The notes below the pieces were generated by a model. It did no database searches. It worked only from the letters and a program-made list of their open reading frames with translations, and had not been told where the DNA came from. The position numbers and the translations under genes were made by a program. DNA of 64,000 nucleotides from a virus. How positions within the stretch are numbered: the stretch's first letter is position 1; every line of letters begins with the position of its first letter. The stretch spans positions 7,639 through 71,638 of IMG/VR virus record IMGVR_UViG_3300045922_001038; one strand, 5' to 3'. This document shows, piece after piece, positions 48,397-56,848 of the stretch.

Positions 48397-50310
48397 ATGC
48401 AACAAGTCTTCTTTGTTACGAACGAACTCAGCTACAAAGGTATCATACTTGACTCCGAGCTTGAATTAACTGGGATTGAAAAACTTGACGAAGTATTATA
48501 CCGCTGTAGCAACGAACGGATACCCTGCACGCTTGACATTGAGACCAACGCATCGCTTGACCCATACCGGGGAAAGATCGTGTTGGTGCAGCTCAAGCCG
48601 CACGGCCAAGACACTTACGTATTGGTGGACTTAAACACGGTTGACAAAGACCTAGTGGCAAACGTGTTCAAAAAATACCCCAACGTAACCTATTTTGGGA
48701 CTTACTTGACGTTTGAATACAAATGGTTTTCAAAGCAGTTGGGTGTAAAACTGGAGCACTTGGTCGACATCATGCTAATCGAACAGCTGTTGTACAACAA
48801 CTCCAAAGTATCGTTCCGGCCTGAATTCTTTACGCTCAAGTCCATGGCCATGCGTAGGCTGAAAGTTGAAATGGACAAGACGGAACAGACCCAGTTCAGC
48901 GACGTCGGTTTGCACACTGCAAGCCAATTGCAGTACGCCATCGACGACGTAAAATACGTGGAGCACATTTACCAGAAGCAACTCCCTGACATAAAACGGT
49001 TCCGGCAAGAAAACATAGTATGGCTGGAAAACAACGCGCTCAAGGCTTACGGAGACATGGAACTAACAGGGCTGCCGTTGGACCAGTCCATGTGGCTAAA
49101 ACTGTACGAGGCCAACGTAGTGAAGCGCGACCAAGCCTTGGAAAAGCTCAACGAGTACTTCAAACGTAAACTGGAAGCGCACCCAGAGCTAACCAAATGG
49201 ATTGAAAATGACGAAGTTACCATAAATTGGATGTCTACCAAACAGGTAATTGAGTTGTTTGGTATCGTAGAGCCGTCGATACCGATCAACGAATTCTACG
49301 ACGTGAAAAAGAACGAACTGCGAAACAGCGTGAGCTCCGCCCACCTAACCCAGTTTAGCGGCAACTCGGAACTCATACCGCTGCTGCTTACGTACAGGGA
49401 ATTGTGCAAGGCGTGCAATACGTACGGCGTGGACTTTCTGAAGTACGTGCACCCCGTTACGCAACGCATCCACTGCACGTTCAACCAGCTGCGCGCAAAG
49501 ACAGGAAGGGTAAGTTCAAGCAAGCCCAACCAACAAAACATCCCAAGCGACGCGGAATACCGCAACTGCTTCCGGGCCAAGGAAGGGTGGAAAATCATAT
49601 CCGTCGACTATTCGCAGGCGGAGCAGCGCATCGCGGCGGACAAAAGCGGAGACCGCCACATGCTCCAAGGGTTTGCGAATGGCGAAGACCCGTACTGCAC
49701 GGCGGCCACGTTGATGTTCAACACGACTGTAACAAAAGAAATACGGAAAGACCTCAGGAAGATCGCGAAAGCCATCGTTTTGGGGTACAATTTTGGGATT
49801 GGGGCTGCCAATTTGGCCAAGCAAGTGGGCTGCACCACAAACGAGGCGCAAGAATACTTGACCAAGTTCCGAAAGGCGATGCCCCAATTGGTCGCCTACC
49901 TAAAGCACCGTAACGAGTTTGCAAAGCTCAACCGGTGCACGTTTACCGACGACAAGTTCAACCGCCTGTGCTGGCTTTCCCCAAACGAGGAAGTTAGCAA
50001 TGGCGAGCTTGGGAAGATTGGCCGCAATGGGCAAAACCATAGCTGCCAAGGCTCAAACGCAAACTTGACAAAGCTCGCCACCGTCAAGGTAAGGGAGTTT
50101 TTGTTGGAGTTTAATGCGCAGTTCGAACAGCCTGAAGCTTACTTGATCAACCAGATCCACGACGAGCTGCTGCTGGAGGTGAAAGACGAGCACGTTACGC
50201 ACATCGCGGAAAAAACCCGGTCCCTGATGGTTGAAGCGGGAAAGGACATCTGCGACAAAGTGGTGATGGACGCGTCATACGTAATTGGACAACACTGGAT
50301 TAAAGACTGA
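48397..50310 (+). CDS. polA: DNA polymerase family A with 3'-5' exonuclease
   Basis: Exo LDIET and YAIDD; TGRVSSSKPNQQNIP; motif A DYSQAEQR; motif B RKIAKAIVLGYNFG; motif C QIHDEL. Confidence 0.95.
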   Translation: MQQVFFVTNELSYKGIILDSELELTGIEKLDEVLYRCSNERIPCTLDIETNASLDPYRGKIVLVQLKPHGQDTYVLVDLNTVDKDLVANVFKKYPNVTYFGTYLTFEYKWFSKQLGVKLEHLVDIMLIEQLLYNNSKVSFRPEFFTLKSMAMRRLKVEMDKTEQTQFSDVGLHTASQLQYAIDDVKYVEHIYQKQLPDIKRFRQENIVWLENNALKAYGDMELTGLPLDQSMWLKLYEANVVKRDQALEKLNEYFKRKLEAHPELTKWIENDEVTINWMSTKQVIELFGIVEPSIPINEFYDVKKNELRNSVSSAHLTQFSGNSELIPLLLTYRELCKACNTYGVDFLKYVHPVTQRIHCTFNQLRAKTGRVSSSKPNQQNIPSDAEYRNCFRAKEGWKIISVDYSQAEQRIAADKSGDRHMLQGFANGEDPYCTAATLMFNTTVTKEIRKDLRKIAKAIVLGYNFGIGAANLAKQVGCTTNEAQEYLTKFRKAMPQLVAYLKHRNEFAKLNRCTFTDDKFNRLCWLSPNEEVSNGELGKIGRNGQNHSCQGSNANLTKLATVKVREFLLEFNAQFEQPEAYLINQIHDELLLEVKDEHVTHIAEKTRSLMVEAGKDICDKVVMDASYVIGQHWIKD

Positions 50311-50311
50311 A

Positions 50312-51556
50312 ATGAACCAAAACAAGACGAAAGTACAAAGGCAGTTGCTTAAGTCGTGGGCAGACCACGGCTTCAAAGGCTACATAGAAGCGGTTACCGG
50401 CATTGGGAAAACCCGGATCGGGGTGATAGCCGCCGGGGAATTCATCCGCAGGGACCCAAACGAAACTTCGTTGGTGGTAACTCCTACCATTCCGTTGCGA
50501 GACGACGAATGGCACAAGGAGTTTGTCAAATGGGGTTACGAAGACGTGGTGGACAAAGTCGAGTTCCAATGCATCCAAGGGGTGTACAAACAAACCGGGC
50601 GGCATTGGGACACTTTGGTGGTGGACGAGGCGGACACTTGCTTGGGAGACAAGTATTCGGAGTTTTTCAAAAACAACACGTTTAACCGGATACTGTGTTT
50701 GTCGGCATGCTACGACAAAAAGGATGTGGCCAACCTGCAGTCGTTGGGCATACCTTTAGTCGGAAAAATAGACTATGAAGAGGCTTTGAAGTACAATCTC
50801 ATCACGCCTTTCAAAATCTACAACGTCCGGCTGCAACTAAACCCAGAGCAAAATCTGGCGTACTACGAACTCGACAAGAAAATCAACTTGTTGGTTTCTG
50901 ACCTATGCATCTTGCTCAATGCGAAGGCGTCGACCGTTTTCACCGAGATTGACAAATTCAAGACGGCTTACGAAAGGAACTGCATTGCGCGTACCGAGCA
51001 AGCGGTGTCTGTGTACAACAAGGTGGCCGCATTGTTCACGTTGTACAACAACCGGAAATCGTTTTTGAGCCACGGCAACCACCGAATATCGGACACCTTG
51101 CTGATATGCCTTCGGATACCGGAAAAAGTATTGGTGTTTTGCGGATCTATCGCAATGGCTTCCAAGCTTGCTTCCAGGCTTTCGAAAGTTCGGAAGACGT
51201 TTTTGTACCATTCAAAAATGCCTGAAGAAGTCAGGAGGCGGTCGTTGGAACAGTTCAAAGAATCCAGCGACGGCATCTTGGTAAGCATAAACGCCCTCAA
51301 TAGGGGGATAAACGTACCCGACTGCAACTTTGGGGTCATCTGTTCAGCGTCTAGTTCGGAACACGACTTCATACAAAGGCTCGGCCGCGAGGTGAGGCTG
51401 TCGACAGACCCCAACAAAGTGGCCATTCTTATCCAGCCTTTCTATGCTGGGACGCAAGAGGAGAAGTGGCTGCGCAAACGCATAGGCTCTTTGGAAACCA
51501 CGGACATAACCAAAGACGACTTATTCAAGTTGTTAGCTGCTTACAAAACAAATTAA
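50312..51556 (+). CDS. Superfamily 2 helicase
   Basis: TGIGKT, VVDEAD, LSA, RGINVP, IQRLGR. Confidence 0.9.
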   Translation: MNQNKTKVQRQLLKSWADHGFKGYIEAVTGIGKTRIGVIAAGEFIRRDPNETSLVVTPTIPLRDDEWHKEFVKWGYEDVVDKVEFQCIQGVYKQTGRHWDTLVVDEADTCLGDKYSEFFKNNTFNRILCLSACYDKKDVANLQSLGIPLVGKIDYEEALKYNLITPFKIYNVRLQLNPEQNLAYYELDKKINLLVSDLCILLNAKASTVFTEIDKFKTAYERNCIARTEQAVSVYNKVAALFTLYNNRKSFLSHGNHRISDTLLICLRIPEKVLVFCGSIAMASKLASRLSKVRKTFLYHSKMPEEVRRRSLEQFKESSDGILVSINALNRGINVPDCNFGVICSASSSEHDFIQRLGREVRLSTDPNKVAILIQPFYAGTQEEKWLRKRIGSLETTDITKDDLFKLLAAYKTN

Positions 51557-51560
51557 CGTA

Positions 51561-51592
51561 AGGTAAGGTACTTGTAATCAAGTACCTTACCT
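51561..51592. other. Perfect 14-bp inverted repeat without U-tract
   Basis: AGGTAAGGTACTTG-TAAT-CAAGTACCTTACCT. Confidence 0.8.
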
Positions 51593-51609
51593 GTCAACTT
51601 CCTTTCAAC

Positions 51610-51774
51610 ATGAAACACGACATCATCATCCCGTCTTTGAACGAAAAACAACCAAACAAAGAACAAATAGACCGAGCGAAATACACGTATCTTCGCGAAA
51701 ATGACGTGTTTATTTACGCAAAGGACAAACACGGCTTTGTCTACCCTTTCAAAAAAACACACTACACATGGTAA
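51610..51774 (+). CDS. Small hypothetical protein (54 aa)
   Basis: MKHDIIIPS... fills the gap and overlaps the dUTPase start; below the ORF-track cutoff. Confidence 0.4.
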   Translation: MKHDIIIPSLNEKQPNKEQIDRAKYTYLRENDVFIYAKDKHGFVYPFKKTHYTW

Positions 51775-52223
51775 TCAATCTAGTCCTGAAAGACAACGCT
51801 AAAATCCCAACGGCAAGCTCGGCAAACGCGGCGGGGTTTGACTTGGTGGCCACTAGTCGGAGGTTTGAGTTTGCAAACCCGCTAAGCAACAACCGGGTTT
51901 TGCGCTACGTGGAATACGGCACAAATGTGTTTGCACAAATACCCAAAACCCACTTTGGGATGTTGTGCGCAAGGTCGTCCATAAGCAATTACGACCTAAT
52001 GCTGTGCAACGGGGTTGGGATCATCGACTCCGACTATAGGGGCGAAATCAAGCTCCGGTTTCGCGTGCTCCAGCATTTGGGGGAAACCCCGTCCGTGTAC
52101 GAAGTCGGGGACAGGGTTGGCCAACTGTTGATTTTGCCTATGTCCTTTGTGCAATTCAACGTCGTAAGTTCGTTGGACCAAACCGAACGCAACGAAAAGG
52201 GCTTTGGAAGCACTGGCACCTAG
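51768..52223 (+). CDS. dut: Trimeric dUTPase
   Basis: AGFDL, ARSS, GIIDSDYRGEI, GDRVGQ, R...GFGSTG. Confidence 0.95.
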   Translation: MVINLVLKDNAKIPTASSANAAGFDLVATSRRFEFANPLSNNRVLRYVEYGTNVFAQIPKTHFGMLCARSSISNYDLMLCNGVGIIDSDYRGEIKLRFRVLQHLGETPSVYEVGDRVGQLLILPMSFVQFNVVSSLDQTERNEKGFGSTGT

Positions 52224-52302
52224 GCTCTGATTGAACTTCCTGCGCCTTCCTTCCTCTGGGTTGGCGCAGTTTTGCCCTATTTACATCTTAACCATCCCAG
52301 CA

Positions 52303-52600
52303 ATGGATGCAGCACACAAGCAAACCGAGGGAAAGCCTCGGATGGATTTGATCGCCCCGGAGTTTGTGGAGGCGTTGCCTGACCCAGGGAGCGGCCAAAT
52401 ACGACAAATCCTTGGACGACATCAATTACCGGAAACGACACCAATGGCGGAATCTGTACTCTGCCGCATCTAAACACGTGGCACCAAGCGGTTTTGGCTG
52501 CAGGAATGGCCGACCTTGAGACAAACACGTCCCATTTGGTGAACGCAGCCGCAAACTTGATGATGCTGTACATACAAGAACTCAACCACCCAATCATACC
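52303..52600 (+). pseudogene. Frameshifted dATP/dGTP diphosphohydrolase (DUF5664-like)
   Basis: GKPRMDLIAPE / LTQGAAKY...NYRK..QW..LYSAASKH / DLETNTSHLVNAAANLMML, split over three reading-frame segments. Confidence 0.7.
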
Positions 52601-52602
52601 CA

Positions 52603-53139
52603 ATGACAACGACAATAAACCTGCAATACCTGCGGAACATCCAATTCCCAGTGATGGCCTACATTATTGCGGAACACTATAGGACGGACAACCTCGCGTT
52701 GCTGAGGACCAGCAAAGGCGTCAGCATGGCCGAGGAAGAAGTGGAAACCCAGACCAAATGGCTGGTTGACAATGGGTACTTGAAAGACGGAGCCGTTACC
52801 CAACTGTACTTGGACATGTTCTTGTCCGACAGCGAACTGCTGTTTGAGGAGTTTTGGCAGGCGTTTCCGGTCCACAGCCCTAACGGAAGGGTGTTGAGGA
52901 CCGACAAACGGAAAAGCTACGAACTCTACAAAAAAGCGGTGAAAGGGAGGCGGTTCGTTGCGAATGAGATCATGGCCGGGCTTAAGGAACAATTGCGCCA
53001 AACGCCTGCGCAAGACCTCAAGTTTTTCAAGTCGACGCCCGTGTGGCTAAGGTCCCAAACGTGGAAAGATTACCTGCAAGAAGCTTACGTACAAGCAAAC
53101 AACCCAGCACAACCACAGCATGGAGACATCTTTGGATAA
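52603..53139 (+). CDS. Replication initiator / helicase loader-like protein
   Basis: FEEFWQAFP and KFFK...VWL...TW; overlaps the dnaB start. Confidence 0.55.
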   Translation: MTTTINLQYLRNIQFPVMAYIIAEHYRTDNLALLRTSKGVSMAEEEVETQTKWLVDNGYLKDGAVTQLYLDMFLSDSELLFEEFWQAFPVHSPNGRVLRTDKRKSYELYKKAVKGRRFVANEIMAGLKEQLRQTPAQDLKFFKSTPVWLRSQTWKDYLQEAYVQANNPAQPQHGDIFG

Positions 53140-54193
53140 CACAGCTTCGTTTACGCAGCGCATACTGTCCCAAAACCACATATCCAAGCTTAGCTTGGAA
53201 GCGCTGAAGACCATTGACCAAAGGCGCAAAGGGCTTGTGCATGGGCTAAAAAGCTCTTGGCCAGCGTGGAACTTGTTCATGGGCGGGTGCTTTTCATTCG
53301 GTACATTTTACGTCATCGGGGGCAGGCCGGGAACGGGCAAATCAAACCGGGCCTTGCAGTTGCTCGACGATTTTTGCTCCCTCACCAGCAACTTGGAGTG
53401 GAAAAACAAAGTCGTGGTCTTGTTTTGGTCTGCGGAAATGGCGGCGGAGCAAAACGTGTTGCGGCTGTTTTCGAAGTACACCAAGCATAGCCTGTACAAG
53501 CTCCAATCCACCAAGGATAAGCTGACAGACGCTGAATACGACCAAGTAAAGCGGATGGCGGACAGGTTTGCCAACTACCCTTTCTACATAGTCGACACCC
53601 CCATTTCAGGGAACAAAATGTACCAAGTGAACGACCAGCTAGTACGGGGCAACCCTGATCTCCGGGTTGTAAACTTGGTGGACCATAGCCGATTGATACC
53701 CGGGACAGACGAAAAAACGGAGGAGGAACGGATTAGCAACTTGTGCGTCATGATGAACACCTCCACAAAAGTGCACAAGTCCTCTTGGATACTGCTGTCC
53801 CAGCTGAACCGGAACATAGAGTCGGTCGAACGGAGGAGGGAATCGTCCTACCCATGGCCAATGGCATATGGGAGCGATTTCTTCGGATCTGACGCAGTGC
53901 AGCAAAACGCACACGTAGCTTCCATACTGTTGGATCCGTACGAGTTTTGCAAACGCCCAACCGTGTCAAAAAACGACACAGAAATCGCGTTAAAAAAGCT
54001 GGTGCAAAACGGAAACAAAGTTTTTGAGCATAGGTTGCTGATTGACTACATTGTAAAGAACCGTAACGGGGCAATGGGGGAAATCTACAACGAAGTATGC
54101 TGGGCAACCAACACAATCAAAGAACTAGGAACCCAATTAAATACAGGCTTACCCAATGAGTTTACCAAAACCACCGACACACCACCTAACTAA
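53120..54193 (+). CDS. dnaB: DnaB-family replicative helicase
   Basis: GGRPGTGKS, SAEM, LVDH, LSQLNR, KNRNG. Confidence 0.92.
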   Translation: METSLDNTASFTQRILSQNHISKLSLEALKTIDQRRKGLVHGLKSSWPAWNLFMGGCFSFGTFYVIGGRPGTGKSNRALQLLDDFCSLTSNLEWKNKVVVLFWSAEMAAEQNVLRLFSKYTKHSLYKLQSTKDKLTDAEYDQVKRMADRFANYPFYIVDTPISGNKMYQVNDQLVRGNPDLRVVNLVDHSRLIPGTDEKTEEERISNLCVMMNTSTKVHKSSWILLSQLNRNIESVERRRESSYPWPMAYGSDFFGSDAVQQNAHVASILLDPYEFCKRPTVSKNDTEIALKKLVQNGNKVFEHRLLIDYIVKNRNGAMGEIYNEVCWATNTIKELGTQLNTGLPNEFTKTTDTPPN

Positions 54194-54809
54194 TCTGGAG
54201 TATTTTGCACAACTGGTGGAAAAACTCCAAATGAAAAAAGCAATTCCAGCACATTACAAAGAACCTGAACAAGTGTACATGGCACTTATGAAAGGCGATG
54301 AGCTTGGATTTGCGGGCCCTGCGACATCAATAGAAGCGTTTATCCCTATAAATGGGAACCTTACACTGCGAGAACCAGTGGCAAATGCTTTGTTGTTGAA
54401 GCACAACATTTACATAAACGTGATTAAAGACTGTCAAGCGGAATATAAAACCGATAAAGACGGAGCGTCAAAAATTCACGATTTTGTAACCACTTTGGAA
54501 ATGGTTCGTCCTACAATTATCAACAATCAAATCCACGAACGAAAGCAAACCGCTACTTTTACACTTCGTGACGCTCAAACAGCAGGTTTATCTGAACGTG
54601 ATGTGTGGAAAAAGTGGCCAAAACAAATGCTGTATTGGCGATGTTTTGGTTTATTGGCTGATCGAATGGCATCCGACATTTTACTTGGCTTGAAAACCAC
54701 TCAACAACTCCACCATTTGGACGATAAACTTGAAATCACGTTCAACAACAACACTCCAGAGTACACATACCAAACAAACTCCGATTTTGAATTGGAAGAC
54801 ACAAACTAG
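54156..54809 (+). CDS. RecT-like ssDNA annealing protein
   Basis: G.ELG...INGN and FT..DA..AGL...VWKKWPKQMLYWR. Confidence 0.6.
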   Translation: MSLPKPPTHHLTNLEYFAQLVEKLQMKKAIPAHYKEPEQVYMALMKGDELGFAGPATSIEAFIPINGNLTLREPVANALLLKHNIYINVIKDCQAEYKTDKDGASKIHDFVTTLEMVRPTIINNQIHERKQTATFTLRDAQTAGLSERDVWKKWPKQMLYWRCFGLLADRMASDILLGLKTTQQLHHLDDKLEITFNNNTPEYTYQTNSDFELEDTN

Positions 54810-54840
54810 TTTGGTATTTTATTAACCCTTTCCAAACAAA

Positions 54841-55302
54841 ATGATCATCATCCCAGAAAAACCCAAACAACCCCGGAAACGCAACACCAGTTTCGTTACG
54901 GCTGAAACCCCTTTGGTACGCGTGAATTTCAAGCGTGGCCGGCTTACGTTCAACCCAGCTGCCTACCGGTTCCTGCAAGAGCAGGAAGGCAAGCCGGAAG
55001 AGTTGCGCAACGGGGAAATTGTGAACGGAGTGCGTTGCCGGTTGGCTTTCCCAAGCGCGCTAACAGTAAATTCACCCTTAATGTGGGTTACGTTTTCCCC
55101 TGAACGGAACGTGCGCATCCAAGAAAGGGGTGAAACTGCCTCCTTGAACCTTTCGTTTGCGCTCAAGGTTTTCACCACCCATTTTCCTCAATTCGAAAAC
55201 ACCTCTGTAATCCTTGAACTTAGCAAAACCCAAACGCAGCTGCAAGACTCTGTGTACGGGTATGGGCTAAACAAACCATTAACCATTGACCAAAACAACT
55301 GA
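54841..55302 (+). CDS. Hypothetical protein
   Basis: 153-aa ORF in the replication operon. Confidence 0.6.
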   Translation: MIIIPEKPKQPRKRNTSFVTAETPLVRVNFKRGRLTFNPAAYRFLQEQEGKPEELRNGEIVNGVRCRLAFPSALTVNSPLMWVTFSPERNVRIQERGETASLNLSFALKVFTTHFPQFENTSVILELSKTQTQLQDSVYGYGLNKPLTIDQNN

Positions 55303-55304
55303 CC

Positions 55305-55802
55305 ATGTTTGACGTAGAAAGCGTAGAAATTTCGCGGCCCTACCTAGCCGCAGGCAAACACCTAGTAACTGTCGACAGTTACTCAACAGGTACCACCAGT
55401 ACAGGGAACACATACATTGACGTCATCTACCATTCGGAAGATTACGCCCAATTGCGCCACCGGTACATTTTCTCGGAACGAAGCGCGCCTGTCCAGCTCG
55501 GGTTAATGCTGCGGCAAGTCGTGGCAGCCCGTGGGTGCAGCTTGGCGGAAGCCAAGGAACTTCTCAGCAAGGCTTCCAGCGCAGAAGAACTGGGGGACCG
55601 TTTCCTCGATGCCATGAAAAGCCAAAAGCTGGGGGTCGTCGTTTACAACAAGGCGGTAAACGGCCGGGTGTTTGGAAACCTGGACGAAACGCAGTTCTCC
55701 AACGAGAAAAACTTCGGCACTTTGGAGTACGACCCACGAAACAACCAAGTTGCACCGCAGGCTGTCGTTAAACCGTTGGGCATGTTTGACCAGCTAGGAT
55801 GA
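55305..55802 (+). CDS. Putative single-stranded DNA-binding protein (DUF669-like OB fold)
   Basis: AGKHLVTV...TSTGNTYIDV...; directly upstream of primase. Confidence 0.5.
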   Translation: MFDVESVEISRPYLAAGKHLVTVDSYSTGTTSTGNTYIDVIYHSEDYAQLRHRYIFSERSAPVQLGLMLRQVVAARGCSLAEAKELLSKASSAEELGDRFLDAMKSQKLGVVVYNKAVNGRVFGNLDETQFSNEKNFGTLEYDPRNNQVAPQAVVKPLGMFDQLG

Positions 55803-56848
55803 TCTGGACTGGGAGTGTAGACGAATATGCAACCGTACTTGCACATACAGTCGAATTCCCAACAGTAGATTACTTACTAGCGCGGGTTGACGAACGCGAC
55901 ATTTTCCATAGTTATTTGGGTATATACCCAAGTGTTGAGGGTAAAGTGGTGTATTGTTCGCCTCTGCGGGTAGACCGGCATCCTACGTGCTGGTTTGTTC
56001 GTGGGGCGAACAATCGCCTTTATTTCCAAGACTTTGGCGCAAACTACGACAACAAGTCCCGGTTAGATTGCTTTGACGTAGCGCAGTACGTTACCAAAAA
56101 ACCGTTCTGGGAAACGCTGTTGGACATAGCCAGCAGACACAAGCCTTGGGAAGCCCAAAACCCCATCAATTTACGCCAAGGTACTTTACCAAAACCGACG
56201 ATCTACGAAGTCAAGTATCAACCGGCCCCATGGAGCCAGCGCGATATTTGGTATTGGGGGTTGTTTGGGATTTCGGTAAGCACTTTGGCGTATTTTAATG
56301 TAGAGCCTGCCAAGATGGTTTGGGTAAAGCACCCAGCCGCAAAAGAGTTCCAGGCACGCTTTTACTATGACGAAAATGTGCTGTTGTATGTGTACAACTT
56401 CAAGCAGGGCCAGTACAAAAAAGTGTACATGCCCCTTGCCAAGAAGAAGGAGCACAAATGGTGGTCAAACGCACACCACAAAATCATACAAGGGTTTGAG
56501 CAGCTGACCTATTACACGTCTGTACTGGTGATAACGAAATCGCTGAAGGACGTGATGTGGTGGTACCAAAACCTTGGGGTAGACTCGATCGCTTTGCAGT
56601 CTGAATCTACTTTGGTAGACCAAGAATTGCTAGGCTCGATCTGCGACCGTTACAAAACAGTCGTGGTCAATTACGACAACGACCCCGTGGGCAAGGCAAA
56701 CGCAGCCAAGCTAAAAGCCATGTTGCCAAACGCCCGGCTAGTGTTTGTCCCAAACGATTATAAGTACAGCAAAGATTTCACAGACCTTACAAAAAACACG
56801 TCCCTCGACTACGCAAAGTCAGTGGCAAAACGACAACTACAATGGTAA
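55799..56848 (+). CDS. DNA primase (crAss-type, Toprim)
   Basis: SPLRVD.HPTC, DFG, DCF, ITKSLKDVM, QSES, YDND..G, KDFTD. Confidence 0.88.
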   Translation: MIWTGSVDEYATVLAHTVEFPTVDYLLARVDERDIFHSYLGIYPSVEGKVVYCSPLRVDRHPTCWFVRGANNRLYFQDFGANYDNKSRLDCFDVAQYVTKKPFWETLLDIASRHKPWEAQNPINLRQGTLPKPTIYEVKYQPAPWSQRDIWYWGLFGISVSTLAYFNVEPAKMVWVKHPAAKEFQARFYYDENVLLYVYNFKQGQYKKVYMPLAKKKEHKWWSNAHHKIIQGFEQLTYYTSVLVITKSLKDVMWWYQNLGVDSIALQSESTLVDQELLGSICDRYKTVVVNYDNDPVGKANAAKLKAMLPNARLVFVPNDYKYSKDFTDLTKNTSLDYAKSVAKRQLQW

